Positions 49,608 to 60,581 are shown, counted from the first letter of the stretch. The stretch is DNA of 64,000 nt from Arsenophonus sp. (GCA_031446085.1 CP132901.1:325135-389134), one strand, 5' to 3'. The notes: generated by a model not told the origin, from the letters alone. Made by a program: numbers and translations.

Positions 49608-50673
49608 TATTAAAAAATTAATGATTATAGGTGGTGGAACTGGAGGACATATATTACCTGGAATTGAAATAGCAAAATATCTAAAAAATAAAGGATGGAA
49701 AATTTATTGGATAGGAACTACAAGAAAAATGGAATATCTTTTAATTCCAAAAGAAAAAATTAAATTTAAATCTATTGAAATATCAGGATTACGTGGAAAA
49801 GGAATAAAAAATTTTTTTTGTAATTTTATAAAAATATTCGAAGCAATTTTAAAATCTAAAAAAATAATAAATAAATATCAACCTGATATAATTTTATCAA
49901 TGGGAGGATATATTTCTGGACCAGGTTCTATTGCAGGATGGATTTCTAATATCCCTATCATTTTACATGAGCAAAATACAATTGCTGGATTAACAAATCG
50001 TTTTTTATCTCTTTTTGCAAAATTAGTTTTACAAGCTTTTCCTAATACTTTCAAAGATGCTCAAACAGTTGGAAATCCTATTAGTAAAAAAATATTAAAT
50101 ATAGAAGTACCTCAAAAAAGATTTAAACATAGAAACAAAATAATACGTATTTTAATATTAGGAGGAAGTCAAGGCTCTCAGACAATAAATAGAATAATAC
50201 CAAAAATTGCATCAGAATTAGACAAAAAAATATTAATTTTACACCAAACTGGAAAAGGATTAAAAAAAGAAACAAAAAAAATATACGATCAATTAAATAA
50301 TAAATTAAAAAATTATAAATTAATAGAATTTATAAAAAATATTTCTCAAGCATATAATTGGGCAGATGTTGTCATATCTAGATCTGGAGCACTAACAGTT
50401 ACAGAAATTGCAACTATTGGATTACCAGCTATCTTTATTCCATTTGAACATAAAGATCAACAACAATATAAAAACGCATTAATACTAAAAAAAATTGGTT
50501 CTGCAATAATTATTAAAGAAAAAAATCTTACACCTCAAAAAATAATAAAAATATTAAAAAGTTGGAATAGAGAAGATCTTCTAAAAATGGCTAAAAGAAG
50601 TAAAAATATTGCTATTAGAAATAGCACTGAAAAAATATCATCTATATTAATAGATATAGTAAAAAATAAATAA
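49600..50673 (+). CDS. murG: UDP-N-acetylglucosamine--N-acetylmuramyl-(pentapeptide) pyrophosphoryl-undecaprenol GlcNAc transferase
   Basis: GGGTGGHILPG, HEQNTIAG and RSGALTVTEIA are present, and the position matches the dcw order. Confidence 0.93.
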   Translation: MNNIKKLMIIGGGTGGHILPGIEIAKYLKNKGWKIYWIGTTRKMEYLLIPKEKIKFKSIEISGLRGKGIKNFFCNFIKIFEAILKSKKIINKYQPDIILSMGGYISGPGSIAGWISNIPIILHEQNTIAGLTNRFLSLFAKLVLQAFPNTFKDAQTVGNPISKKILNIEVPQKRFKHRNKIIRILILGGSQGSQTINRIIPKIASELDKKILILHQTGKGLKKETKKIYDQLNNKLKNYKLIEFIKNISQAYNWADVVISRSGALTVTEIATIGLPAIFIPFEHKDQQQYKNALILKKIGSAIIIKEKNLTPQKIIKILKSWNREDLLKMAKRSKNIAIRNSTEKISSILIDIVKNK

Positions 50674-52152
50674 ATGAATTACAAAAAACAAAATCTTAAT
50701 ATATTAAACTTTACAACAAATCAATCCCAACCTATACACCTTATTGGAATAGGAGGTATGGGAATGGGAGGATTAGCAGAAATTTTATTTAAAAAGGGTT
50801 TTTATATCACAGGTTCTGATATAAAAAAAAATAAAGTTACTAAACGATTAAAAAAAAATGGAATTAAAATATATTCCTATCATCATCCAAAAAATGTTAT
50901 TAACGCATGTTCACTAATTATTTCTACAGCAATATCTTCAAACAATATAGAAATAATAACTGCAAAAAAAATAGGCATTCCAATTTTTAAACGTTCTGAA
51001 ATATTAGCAGAATTAACAAAATGTTATTATAGCATAGCTGTTTCAGGAACACACGGAAAAACAACAACTACATCTATTATAAATGATATATATCAAATGG
51101 CAGGATTAAATCCTACATTTATTAATGGAGGAATTACAAAAAAAGATGCATTACAAGCACTATTAGGAAAAAGTCATTATTTAATAATAGAAGCAGATGA
51201 GAGTGATGCATCTTTTTTATTATTAAAACCATATGTAATAGTTATTACTAATATAGAATATGAACATATGGAAACATATTTAGGCGATATAGAAATACTA
51301 AAAAAATCTTATATTACTTTTTTAAATAATCTTCCTTATGATGGAAAAGCTATTTTGTGTATTGATGATCCTATTATCAAATCTATTATTCCTAGAATAA
51401 AAAAAAAAATTATTACATATGGATTTAGTAAATCTGCAAATATACAAATTATTACATACAAGCAAATTATAAATAAAAGTTTTTTTAAACTATCAATAAA
51501 TAGAGGAGAAAAAATAAAGTTTTCATTAAACATACCTGGTAAACATAATATATTAAATGCCACTGCTGCCATAACAACAGCAATAACAGAAAAAATTTCT
51601 TATCGAACTATTATTGATTCCATTAATTTATTTCAGGGTATAGAAAGAAGATTTGATATCTTAGGAAATTTTTATATAAATAAACAAACAGATAAAAATG
51701 AAAGTATTATACTCATTGACGATTATGGACATCATCCTACAGAATTAGAAGCAACTATTAAGACTGCTAGAATAGGATGGCCAAAAAAAAGAATTATCAT
51801 GTTATTTCAACCACATAGATACAGTAGAACTAAAGATTTATATTTAAGTTTTGTTAATGTATTGCAAAAAGTAGATATTTTATTAATGTTAAATATTTAT
51901 TCTGCTGGAGAAAAACCAATTTTAGGAATAAATAGTGAAAATTTATGTAAAGAAATTCAAAGAAAAGGTAAAATAAATCCGATATTCGTAAAAAATAATA
52001 AAGAAATCTTTCAAAGATTAAGAAAAATTATTAAAAAAAATGATTTAATAATAATACAAGGTGCAGGTAATATAGAAAATATTGCAAAATATTTAAAAAA
52101 AACAAAGTTAAAATCAATAATACAAAATAGAGGAAAAATACTTTATGATTGA
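50674..52152 (+). CDS. murC: UDP-N-acetylmuramate--L-alanine ligase
   Basis: HLIGIGGMGMGGLAEIL, VSGTHGKTTTTS, DDYGHHPTE and FQPHRYSRT are present. Confidence 0.94.
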   Translation: MNYKKQNLNILNFTTNQSQPIHLIGIGGMGMGGLAEILFKKGFYITGSDIKKNKVTKRLKKNGIKIYSYHHPKNVINACSLIISTAISSNNIEIITAKKIGIPIFKRSEILAELTKCYYSIAVSGTHGKTTTTSIINDIYQMAGLNPTFINGGITKKDALQALLGKSHYLIIEADESDASFLLLKPYVIVITNIEYEHMETYLGDIEILKKSYITFLNNLPYDGKAILCIDDPIIKSIIPRIKKKIITYGFSKSANIQIITYKQIINKSFFKLSINRGEKIKFSLNIPGKHNILNATAAITTAITEKISYRTIIDSINLFQGIERRFDILGNFYINKQTDKNESIILIDDYGHHPTELEATIKTARIGWPKKRIIMLFQPHRYSRTKDLYLSFVNVLQKVDILLMLNIYSAGEKPILGINSENLCKEIQRKGKINPIFVKNNKEIFQRLRKIIKKNDLIIIQGAGNIENIAKYLKKTKLKSIIQNRGKILYD

Positions 52153-53062
52153 TAAAGTTGCTGTACTGTTAGGAGGTAATTCTTCAGAAAAAGAAATTTC
52201 TTTAAAATCTGGTTATTCTATTTTAAACGGATTAAAAAAAGCTAAAATTAATGCATATCCTATAGATATTAAATTATTTCCTTTGATAAAAATTAAAGAA
52301 TTTAATTATACAAGAGTTTTTATAGCTTTACATGGTAAAGGTGGAGAAGATGGTATAATTCAAGGAGTATTAGAAATGTTAAAACTACCATATACAGGTA
52401 GTAAGGTTCTTGCTTCAGCACTGGCAATGGACAAATTAAGAAGTAAACAATTATGGTCAGGTATTAATTTACCAGTAGCACCTTATGTTTTTTTAAAAAA
52501 AAAAAAAATAAAAAAAATAACAGATAAAGAACTTTTTCAATTTGTTCAACATTTAGGTATGCCATTAATTATAAAACCAACACTAGAAGGATCAAGTATT
52601 GGAATTTCTAAAATTAATACTATTTTAAAATTAAAAAATGCAATCAATACAGCCTTTAAATACGATGAAACAATTCTTATTGAAAAATGTTTAAATGGTC
52701 CAGAATATACTGTTGGAATAATAGGAGATAAAATATTACCTGCAATTCGAATTCAAACAAAAAAAAATTTTTTTGATTATTATGCAAAATATCAATCTCT
52801 TGAAACAAAATATTTTTGTCCAAGTGGATTAAGTAAAATAAAAGAATTAAAATTAAAAAAAATAGCATACGACGCTTATCAATCTATTGGATGTTCTGGA
52901 TGGGGAAGAGTTGATTTAATGGAAAATAACAATAATTTCTTTTTACTAGAAGTAAATACATCACCTGGAATGACAAAAAAAAGCTTAATTCCTATTGCAG
53001 CACAAACGATAGGCATTAGTTTCTCAAAATTAGTAAAGAAAATTTTAGAATTAGCAGAATAA
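52145..53062 (+). CDS. ddlB: D-alanine--D-alanine ligase
   Basis: VAVLLGGNSSEKEISLKSG, ALHGKGGEDG, KPTLEGSSIGISK and LEVNTSPGMT are present. It overlaps the murC end by 8 nt. Confidence 0.93.
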   Translation: MIDKVAVLLGGNSSEKEISLKSGYSILNGLKKAKINAYPIDIKLFPLIKIKEFNYTRVFIALHGKGGEDGIIQGVLEMLKLPYTGSKVLASALAMDKLRSKQLWSGINLPVAPYVFLKKKKIKKITDKELFQFVQHLGMPLIIKPTLEGSSIGISKINTILKLKNAINTAFKYDETILIEKCLNGPEYTVGIIGDKILPAIRIQTKKNFFDYYAKYQSLETKYFCPSGLSKIKELKLKKIAYDAYQSIGCSGWGRVDLMENNNNFFLLEVNTSPGMTKKSLIPIAAQTIGISFSKLVKKILELAE

Positions 53063-53083
53063 TATATTACAAAAATAATTAAA

Positions 53084-53800
53084 ATGTTTATAAAAAAAAA
53101 TAAATATAAAAATTATGTTTTTAATAAAAAAAAAATATTTAAAATATTTTTTTTTATAAAAATTTTAATTATTTTTATGATTATTTATATTTTCTTTTTT
53201 TTGATAAAAAATATTAACCTATCCATTAAAAATATAAAAATTATGGGTCAAAGACAATATACAAACGATATAGAAATAAAAAAAATTATATTAAATAATA
53301 ATATAAATTTTTTCAATATAAACACTAAAAACATAATTTATAAAATCAAAGAAATTCCATGGATTCAAAATGTTAAAATTTATAAAAAATGGCCAAATAT
53401 AATAAATATTTACCTCACTGAATATGAACCTTATGTAAAATGGAATAATCACTTTTTTCTTAATATAGAAGGACACATTTTTACTTTATCAAACAAAATA
53501 AAAAACGAATTTCCAATATTATATGGACCTAATAATAGTCATAATGAAGTATTAAAAATGTATAAATTTATGATTCAAAAATTAAAAATATATAATTTAG
53601 ATATTAAAATATTAAAAATGACAAATCGAGGTAGTTGGATTGTCAAATTAACCAATAATATAGAATTAAACATTGGAACAAAAAATATTAAAGAACGTTT
53701 TGATAAATTTATTTCTCTATATCCAATATTGACAAATAATATTAAAAAAAATATTAGATATATAGATCTTCGCTATAAAAATGGGATAGCTATAAGTTAA
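53084..53800 (+). CDS. ftsQ: cell division protein FtsQ
   Basis: 238 aa with an N-terminal TM segment and a POTRA-like region (IKIMGQRQYTNDIEIKK...WIQNVKIYKKWPNIINIYLTEYEP). It sits between ddlB and ftsA. The sequence is highly diverged. Confidence 0.75.
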   Translation: MFIKKNKYKNYVFNKKKIFKIFFFIKILIIFMIIYIFFFLIKNINLSIKNIKIMGQRQYTNDIEIKKIILNNNINFFNINTKNIIYKIKEIPWIQNVKIYKKWPNIINIYLTEYEPYVKWNNHFFLNIEGHIFTLSNKIKNEFPILYGPNNSHNEVLKMYKFMIQKLKIYNLDIKILKMTNRGSWIVKLTNNIELNIGTKNIKERFDKFISLYPILTNNIKKNIRYIDLRYKNGIAIS

Positions 53801-53864
53801 AAAATAACTTCTACATATTTAATAATTTCGAAATATTTATCAAATATATACAGAGATATTGATG

Positions 53865-55121
53865 ATGATCAAAACAATAGATAAAAAATTATTAGTTGGT
53901 CTTGAAATTGGTACTTCAAAAGTATCTGTACTTGTAGGAGAAATTTTACCAGATGGTATTATTAATATAATTGGTGTAGGTAATACACCATCTAAAGGAA
54001 TGGATAAGGGGGGTGTAAACGATCTAGAATCTGTTGTTCAATGTGTACAACGTTCTATTAATCAAGCAGAATTAATGGCTGATTGTCAAATTACATCAGT
54101 ATATTTAGCACTATCTGGAAAACATATTAGATGTCAAAACGAAATTGGCATGGTTCCAATTTCAGAAGAAGAAGTCACTCAAGATGATGTTGACAATGTT
54201 GTTCATACAGCAAAATCTGTAAAAGTACGTGATGAACATAGAATACTTCATGTAATTCCACAAGAATATAAAATTGATTACCAAGAAGGAATCAAAAATC
54301 CAATAGGTCTTTCTGGTGTTCGTATGCAAGCTAAAGTACATTTAATTACTTGTCATAATGACATGGCTAAAAATATAATGAAAGCTGTAGAAAGATGTGG
54401 ATTAAAAGTAAAACAATTAATATTTTCTGGATTAGCTTCCAGTTATTCTGTACTTACTGAAGATGAACAAGAATTGGGAGTATGCGTCATAGATATTGGT
54501 GGAGGAACAATGGATATGGCAATTTATACCGGAGGAGCATTAAGACATACTAAAGTTATTCCTTATGCAGGCAATGTTGTTACAAGTGATATTTCTTATG
54601 CATTTGGAACCCCACCAAATGATGCAGAAATTATTAAAATAAAATATGGTTGTACATTAAATGCTGTAATTAATAAAGAAAAAAATGTAGAAGTACCAAG
54701 TGTAGGAGGTAGACCTCCTAGACATTTACAACGTCAAACATTAGCCGAAGTAATAGAACCACGTTATACAGAATTATTAAATTTAGTTAATGAAGAAATT
54801 ATCAAATTACAAAATAAATTGCGTCAACATGGAATTAAACATCATCTAGCTGCAGGTATAGTACTAACTGGAGGTGGTGCACAAATGGATGGATTAGTTG
54901 AATGTGCACAAAAAGTTTTTAATACTCAAGTACGAATTGGAAAACCATTAAATATTACTGGTTTAACTGATCATGCGAAAAAACTTTATTATTCAACAAC
55001 AGTTGGTCTTTTACATTATGGAAAACAAAATCATTTTGAAGATGAAAAACAAAAAAATAAAAGTATATTAATAAGTGATTGGTTAAACAAATTTACTAGT
55101 TGGATAAAAAAAGAATTTTAA
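53865..55121 (+). CDS. ftsA: cell division protein FtsA
   Basis: MIKTIDKKLLVGLEIGTSKV... is very close to E. coli FtsA along its whole length (for example GMDKGGVNDLESVV, VCVIDIGGGTMD, and C-terminal WIKKEF). Homology favours the third ATG (53865) of the TTG-ATG-ATG cluster. Confidence 0.96.
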   Translation: MIKTIDKKLLVGLEIGTSKVSVLVGEILPDGIINIIGVGNTPSKGMDKGGVNDLESVVQCVQRSINQAELMADCQITSVYLALSGKHIRCQNEIGMVPISEEEVTQDDVDNVVHTAKSVKVRDEHRILHVIPQEYKIDYQEGIKNPIGLSGVRMQAKVHLITCHNDMAKNIMKAVERCGLKVKQLIFSGLASSYSVLTEDEQELGVCVIDIGGGTMDMAIYTGGALRHTKVIPYAGNVVTSDISYAFGTPPNDAEIIKIKYGCTLNAVINKEKNVEVPSVGGRPPRHLQRQTLAEVIEPRYTELLNLVNEEIIKLQNKLRQHGIKHHLAAGIVLTGGGAQMDGLVECAQKVFNTQVRIGKPLNITGLTDHAKKLYYSTTVGLLHYGKQNHFEDEKQKNKSILISDWLNKFTSWIKKEF

Positions 55122-55157
55122 AATTAAAAAAAATCTGTACTTAAAGAGGAAAAGATT

Positions 55158-56324
55158 ATGTTTGAACCAGTAGAATTATCTAATGACGCAATAATTAAAG
55201 TAATTGGTGTAGGAGGAGGAGGAGGAAATGCAGTTGCACACATGGTACGAAAACATATTGAAGGAGTAGATTTTTTTGCAATTAATACAGATGCACAAGC
55301 ATTACGAAAAATTGCAGTAGAACAAACGATTCAAATAGGAAGCGGGATTACTAAAGGATTAGGAGCTGGAGCAAATCCAGAAATAGGGAGAAATGCTGCA
55401 GAAGAAGATCGAGAAGCATTACATAATGCATTAGATGGTGCAGATATGGTTTTTATCGCTGCAGGAATGGGTGGAGGAACAGGAACAGGCGCGGCACCTG
55501 TTGTTGCAGAAATTGCTAAAGAATTAGGTATTCTGACTGTAGCAGTAGTTACAAAACCTTTTCATTTTGAAGGAAAAAAACGTTTAGCTTTTGCAGAATC
55601 AGGAATTGTAGAATTATCTAAATTTGTTGATTCACTAATTACTATTCCAAATGACAAACTATTGAAAGTACTTGGAAGAGGAATTTCTTTATTAGATGCA
55701 TTCAGTTCAGCAAATGATGTATTAAAAGGTGCAGTACAAGGTATTGCAGAACTTATTACACGTCCTGGTTTAATGAATGTTGATTTTGCTGATGTTCGAA
55801 CTGTAATGTCTGAAATGGGATATGCAATGATGGGTTCTGGAGTTGCTAATGCAGAAGATCGAGCAGAAGAAGCAGCAGAAATAGCTATTTCTAGTCCTCT
55901 ATTAGAGGATATTAATTTATCTGGAGCTAGAGGTGTATTAGTTAATATTACTGCAGGATTCGATTTAAAACTAGACGAATTTGAAACAGTTGGAAATACA
56001 ATCCGTGCATTTGCATCAGATAATGCAACAGTCGTAATTGGAACTTCATTAGATCCAGAAATGAATGATGAATTACGTGTTACTGTTGTAGCAACTGGAA
56101 TAGGAATGGAAAAAAATCAAGAAATAACATTAATCAATAATCAAAAAACAGTATCTTCAATCAAACAATTATATAATTCAAATAATCAAACTTCCATTTC
56201 TAATATAACACCATTAATGGAAAAACAAATAATATCTAAAATAAATAGAGAAAAAGAAATAAGATCTAAAAAAGATCTAGATTACTTAGATATTCCTGCT
56301 TTTTTAAGAAAGCAAGCTGATTAA
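55158..56324 (+). CDS. ftsZ: cell division GTPase FtsZ
   Basis: It has the tubulin signature [18 protein letters not shown], and the C-terminal peptide [14 protein letters not shown]. The core is strongly conserved, with an AT-rich Asn/Lys linker. Confidence 0.98.
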   Translation: MFEPVELSNDAIIKVIGVGGGGGNAVAHMVRKHIEGVDFFAINTDAQALRKIAVEQTIQIGSGITKGLGAGANPEIGRNAAEEDREALHNALDGADMVFIAAGMGGGTGTGAAPVVAEIAKELGILTVAVVTKPFHFEGKKRLAFAESGIVELSKFVDSLITIPNDKLLKVLGRGISLLDAFSSANDVLKGAVQGIAELITRPGLMNVDFADVRTVMSEMGYAMMGSGVANAEDRAEEAAEIAISSPLLEDINLSGARGVLVNITAGFDLKLDEFETVGNTIRAFASDNATVVIGTSLDPEMNDELRVTVVATGIGMEKNQEITLINNQKTVSSIKQLYNSNNQTSISNITPLMEKQIISKINREKEIRSKKDLDYLDIPAFLRKQAD

Positions 56325-56350
56325 ATTTTTAATTAAAATTTTATTTTTTA

Positions 56351-56359
56351 TGTTATAAT
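56351..56359 (+). promoter_or_regulatory. candidate extended -10 promoter element upstream of lpxC
   Basis: TGTTATAAT is a perfect TGnTATAAT. The predicted transcription start falls at the 5' arm of the hairpin at 56363-56394, about 60 nt before the lpxC ATG. Confidence 0.3.
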
Positions 56360-56362
56360 ATT

Positions 56363-56394
56363 GTCTTGTTATCCTTTTCAAAGGATGACAAGAC
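56363..56394 (+). promoter_or_regulatory. G:C-containing stem-loop in the ftsZ-lpxC spacer (lpxC 5' leader structure or ftsZ 3' stabiliser/attenuator)
   Basis: GTCTTGTTATCC / TTTTCAAA / GGATGACAAGAC forms 12 bp with one G:U pair, extendable into the loop. No T run follows, so it is not a classical terminator. Confidence 0.5.
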
Positions 56395-56421
56395 GTATAG
56401 TAAATATTTGAGTACTTAATA

Positions 56422-57339
56422 ATGATTAGACAAAGGACACTTAAACGCATTGTTAAAGTCACCGGAATGGGACTACACATCGGTAAAAAAGTTACTTTAA
56501 CACTAAGTCCAGCACTATCAAATACAGGAATTATTTATAGAAGAATAGACTTAAATCCTCCCGTTGATTTTTTAGCAAATGCAAAATCAGTACGTGATAC
56601 CATGTTATGCACCTGCCTGGTCAATCATAACAATGTACGTATATCAACAATAGAACATTTAAATGCTGCTTTAGCTGGATTAGGAATTGATAATGTTATT
56701 ATTGAAGTCGATGCTCCAGAAATTCCTATTATGGATGGCAGCGCAGCTCCATTTGTTTTTTTACTATTAGATGCAGGCATTGAAGAATTAAATAGTATGA
56801 AAAAATTTATTCGAATTAAAAAATGTGTACGTGTATTCGATGGGGATAAATGGGCAGAACTAGCTCCATATAATGGTTTTAGTTTAGATTTTACTATTAA
56901 TTTCAATCATCCTGTAATTGATAGAAGTCGTCAACGTTATAAATTAGATTTTTCTGAAAAATCTTTTGTTCGAGACTTAAGTCGTGCACGTACTTTTGGT
57001 TTCAAGAATAATATTGAATATTTACAATCCAAAGGCTTATGTTTAGGAGGTAGTTTCGACTGTGCAATTATAGTTGATGATTATCACATCTTAAATAAAG
57101 ATGGATTAAGATTCGAAGATGAATTCGTACGACATAAAACGTTAGATGCTTTAGGTGATTTATTTATTTGTGGATATAATATTATTGGTGCCTTTACTGC
57201 ATATAAATCAGGACATGCATTAAATAATAAATTATTACAAACTACTTTAGAAATGAAGTCGGCATGGGATATGGTCACATTCAATGATGAATCAGAAATT
57301 CCTTTGTCATTTAAATCTCCTTTAAGATTAATGATTTAA
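56422..57339 (+). CDS. lpxC: UDP-3-O-acyl-N-acetylglucosamine deacetylase
   Basis: [52 protein letters not shown] and [10 protein letters not shown] are present. Length is 305 aa as in E. coli. Confidence 0.97.
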   Translation: MIRQRTLKRIVKVTGMGLHIGKKVTLTLSPALSNTGIIYRRIDLNPPVDFLANAKSVRDTMLCTCLVNHNNVRISTIEHLNAALAGLGIDNVIIEVDAPEIPIMDGSAAPFVFLLLDAGIEELNSMKKFIRIKKCVRVFDGDKWAELAPYNGFSLDFTINFNHPVIDRSRQRYKLDFSEKSFVRDLSRARTFGFKNNIEYLQSKGLCLGGSFDCAIIVDDYHILNKDGLRFEDEFVRHKTLDALGDLFICGYNIIGAFTAYKSGHALNNKLLQTTLEMKSAWDMVTFNDESEIPLSFKSPLRLMI

Positions 57340-57380
57340 TTGATAAAAAATATTTGTTTAAAACAAATATTTTTTATCAA
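57340..57380 (+). terminator. 41-nt perfect palindrome starting immediately after the lpxC stop codon (candidate terminator)
   Basis: TTGATAAAAAATATTTGTTT / A / AAACAAATATTTTTTATCAA is a 20-bp stem with no mismatch. The 3' arm contains T6. Confidence 0.55.
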
Positions 57381-57402
57381 TGAACTTAATATCTTGTATA
57401 AT
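57374..57402 (+). promoter_or_regulatory. candidate secA promoter
   Basis: TTATCA (57374-57379), a 17-nt spacer, then TATAAT (57397-57402) immediately preceded by TG. It partly overlaps the 3' arm of the palindrome. This is weak evidence in AT-rich DNA. Confidence 0.2.
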
Positions 57403-57514
57403 AAACGTTTTTTTAATTTCGAAATTATATTATTTATGATATAAATCATAATATTATTACTAAATAAAAAAAACAAAAAATTATTTTTTATAAAAAAAAT
57501 CCTCAATACAAAAT

Positions 57515-60226
57515 ATGTTTAATAAATTATTAACAAAACTTTTTCAAAATAGAAATGAAAAAATTCTAAATCGTTTAAATAAAACTGTTTATCTTATTAA
57601 TAAACTTGAAAAAAAAATAAAGAATTTTTCAGATTATCAACTTAAATTACAAACCAAAAAATTTAGAAAACAACTAAAATTAGGTAAAAAAATAAACGAA
57701 TTACTTCCAGAAGCTTTTGCAACGGTTAGAGAAGCTAGTAAAAGAGTGTTTAATATGCGTCATTTTGATGTTCAAATTCTTGGAGGAATTGTCTTAAATG
57801 AACGTTGTATAGCAGAAATGCGTACTGGAGAAGGTAAAACATTAACAGCAACATTACCAGCATATTTAAATGCATTAACTAAAAAAGGAGTACATATTGT
57901 TACTGTTAACGATTATTTAGCAAAACGAGATGGAGAAAATAATAAACCACTATTCGAATTTCTTGATATGACAGTAGGAATTAATATCTCAGGAATATCT
58001 AATAAAATGAAAAAAACAGCATATTTAGCGGACGTAACTTATGGCACAAACAATGAATATGGTTTTGATTATTTAAAAGATAATATGGTTTTTAGTCCAC
58101 AAGAAAGAGTTCAAAGAACCTTACATTATGCATTAATAGACGAAGTAGATTCAATTTTAATTGACGAAGCAAGAACTCCACTGATTATATCAGGTCCTGC
58201 TGAAAATAGTTCAAAACTATATCAAAAAATTGATAAAATCATTCCTTATTTAAAAAAACAAGAACAAGATGATTCTGATTTTTTTCAAGGTAAAGGACAC
58301 TTTTCTATTGATGAAAAATCAAAACATGTAACTCTAACAGAAAGAGGATTAGATTTAATTGAAAAATTATTAGTACATGAAAAATTAATGAAAAAAGGAG
58401 AATCTCTTTATTCAATTTCTAATATTGTACTTATGCATCACGTTATGGCTGCTTTACGTGCACATGTACTTTTTAATAAAAATGTTGACTATTTAGTAAA
58501 AAATGGAGAAATAGTTATTGTAGATGAATATACTGGAAGAACTATGGAAGGACGTAGATGGTCAGATGGTTTACACCAAGCAATAGAAGCAAAAGAAAAA
58601 GTAGAAATAAAAAATGAAAACCAAACATTAGCATCAATTACTTTTCAGAATTATTTTCGACTTTATGAAAAATTATCTGGAATGACAGGAACTGCATATA
58701 CAGAAGCTTGTGAATTTCGTTCAATCTATCAATTAGATACTATTGTAATACCAACTAATTCGCCTATGATTAGGAAAGATTTTCCAGATTTAGTTTTTAT
58801 TACAGAAAAAGAAAAAATTAATGCTATTATTAATGAAATTAAAAAATGTAGTCAAAAAGGACAACCAGTTTTAGTAGGTACTATCTCTATTGAAAAATCA
58901 GAATTAATATCAAAAAAATTAAAAGAAAAAAAAATTAAACATAATGTATTAAATGCTAAATTTCATGAAATGGAAGCAGACATTATAGCACAAGCCGGAA
59001 TGGAAGGTGCGGTGACGATTGCAACAAATATGGCTGGAAGAGGAACAGATATTTTGTTAGGTGGAAATTGGCAAGCAGAAATTAAAAAAATTAAAAATAG
59101 AAACCAAAAAGAAATTAATGAAATTAAAAAAAAATGGAAAGAAAATCACAAAAAAATAATTAACATAGGTGGATTACATATCATCGGAACAGAACATCAC
59201 GAATCACGTCGAATTGATAACCAATTAAGAGGAAGATCTGGAAGACAAGGAGACCCTGGTTCATCTAGATTTTATCTTTCTATGGAAGATTCTTTAATGC
59301 GTATTTTTGCTTCAGAGAAAGTAGCAAATATGATGAAAACATTAGGTATGAAACCAGGAGAATCTATACAACATAAATGGGTTACTAAAGCTATTGCACA
59401 TGCTCAAAGAAAAGTTGAAAGTCGAAATTTTGATATCAGAAAACAACTTTTAGAATATGATGATGTAGCAAACGATCAACGTCGTGCAATTTATGCACAA
59501 AGAAATAATTTATTAAATGGATCTGATATATATGATACTATTAAAAAAATTCGTGAAGATGTGATTAATCTTATACTAAATAAATATATTTCAAATAATT
59601 TATTAACTAATGAAATTCAATTAAAAAAATTGCAAAACCAATTAAAAAAAGATTTTCGTTTAGAAATATCTATTCAAAAATATCTGGAAATAAATAAAAA
59701 TAAAGAAAAACTTCAAGATCAGTTAAAAAAAGAAATTTTGAAAAAAATGATTGATCTATATAATCATTTAGAAAAAAAAATAGGTCAAAAAATTATGAGA
59801 TCTTTTGAAAAAAACATTATGTTGCAAAAATTAGATTTTTTATGGAAAGAACATTGTGCAGCAATGGATTATCTAAGACAAGGAATTCATTTACAAGGTT
59901 ATGCACAAAAAGATCCAAAACAAGAATATAAACGAGAATCTTTTAATATGTTTTCAAATATGTTAAATACATTAAAATATGAAGTTATATCAACATTAAA
60001 TAATATTGAAGTAAACCAAATAGAAAATTTGAAATTTATAAATGAAAATAGTAATATTTTATTAAAACACAAAATTTATTCGTCAGATAAGCAAAATAAA
60101 AAAAATAATATTTTGTTGATTCAAGATCAACATCTTAATAAAAATAAATTAGGAAGAAATATGCCTTGTCCATGTAAATCTGGAAAAAAATATAAGTTTT
60201 GTCATGGTAATTTAAAAAAAACATAA
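57515..60226 (+). CDS. secA: preprotein translocase ATPase SecA
   Basis: 903 aa. [14 protein letters not shown], the DEAD-like [31 protein letters not shown] and the C-terminal Zn motif [14 protein letters not shown] are present. Confidence 0.98.
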   Translation: MFNKLLTKLFQNRNEKILNRLNKTVYLINKLEKKIKNFSDYQLKLQTKKFRKQLKLGKKINELLPEAFATVREASKRVFNMRHFDVQILGGIVLNERCIAEMRTGEGKTLTATLPAYLNALTKKGVHIVTVNDYLAKRDGENNKPLFEFLDMTVGINISGISNKMKKTAYLADVTYGTNNEYGFDYLKDNMVFSPQERVQRTLHYALIDEVDSILIDEARTPLIISGPAENSSKLYQKIDKIIPYLKKQEQDDSDFFQGKGHFSIDEKSKHVTLTERGLDLIEKLLVHEKLMKKGESLYSISNIVLMHHVMAALRAHVLFNKNVDYLVKNGEIVIVDEYTGRTMEGRRWSDGLHQAIEAKEKVEIKNENQTLASITFQNYFRLYEKLSGMTGTAYTEACEFRSIYQLDTIVIPTNSPMIRKDFPDLVFITEKEKINAIINEIKKCSQKGQPVLVGTISIEKSELISKKLKEKKIKHNVLNAKFHEMEADIIAQAGMEGAVTIATNMAGRGTDILLGGNWQAEIKKIKNRNQKEINEIKKKWKENHKKIINIGGLHIIGTEHHESRRIDNQLRGRSGRQGDPGSSRFYLSMEDSLMRIFASEKVANMMKTLGMKPGESIQHKWVTKAIAHAQRKVESRNFDIRKQLLEYDDVANDQRRAIYAQRNNLLNGSDIYDTIKKIREDVINLILNKYISNNLLTNEIQLKKLQNQLKKDFRLEISIQKYLEINKNKEKLQDQLKKEILKKMIDLYNHLEKKIGQKIMRSFEKNIMLQKLDFLWKEHCAAMDYLRQGIHLQGYAQKDPKQEYKRESFNMFSNMLNTLKYEVISTLNNIEVNQIENLKFINENSNILLKHKIYSSDKQNKKNNILLIQDQHLNKNKLGRNMPCPCKSGKKYKFCHGNLKKT

Positions 60227-60260
60227 ATATTTAGTACCTATTTTATTTTTTTTAAAAAAA

Positions 60261-60334
60261 AGGCTACGTAGCTCAGTTGGTAAGAGCACAGCACTCATAA
60301 CGCTGAGGTCACAGGTTCAAATCCTGTCGTAGCC
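60261..60334 (+). tRNA. metT: tRNA-Met (anticodon CAU, elongator type)
   Basis: GGCTACGTAGCTCAGTTGGTAAGAGCA...CTCATAA...ACAGGTTCAAATCCTGTCGTAGCC is close to E. coli metT. No CCA is encoded (TCA follows the acceptor). A lysidine-modified tRNA-Ile2 cannot be formally excluded. Confidence 0.8.
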
Positions 60335-60346
60335 TCAAAAATAAAA

Positions 60347-60428
60347 TGCGGGAGTGGCGAAATTGGTAGACGCACTAGATTTAGATTCTAGCGCTATAAA
60401 GCATGCGAGTTCAACTCTCGCCTCCCGT
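60347..60428 (+). tRNA. leuW: tRNA-Leu (anticodon UAG)
   Basis: GCGGGAGTGGCGAAATTGGTAGACGC...TTTAGAT...GCGAGTTCAACTCTCGCCTCCCGTA is close to E. coli leuW and has a long variable arm. No encoded CCA. Confidence 0.9.
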
Positions 60429-60449
60429 ATTTAAAAAAATGAAAAAATT

Positions 60450-60520
60450 TTGGGGTATAGCCAAGTGGCAAGGCACCAGGTTTTGATCCTGGCATCCCTG
60501 GTTCGAATCCAGGTACCCCA
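60450..60520 (+). tRNA. glnU: tRNA-Gln (anticodon UUG)
   Basis: TGGGGTATAGCCAAGTGGCAAGGCACCAGGTTTTGATCCTGG...CCTGGTTCGAATCCAGGTACCCCAG is close to E. coli glnU. No encoded CCA. Confidence 0.9.
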
Positions 60521-60551
60521 GAAAAAATATTATAAATAAACTACAATGGTT

Positions 60552-60581
60552 TTAAATATAAATATACATATTTATATTTAA
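60552..60581 (+). terminator. 14-bp all-A:T perfect hairpin after the Met-Leu-Gln tRNA cluster (candidate terminator)
   Basis: TTAAATATAAATAT / AC / ATATTTATATTTAA lies 31 nt past tRNA-Gln and 13 nt before the psd ATG. Confidence 0.35.
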
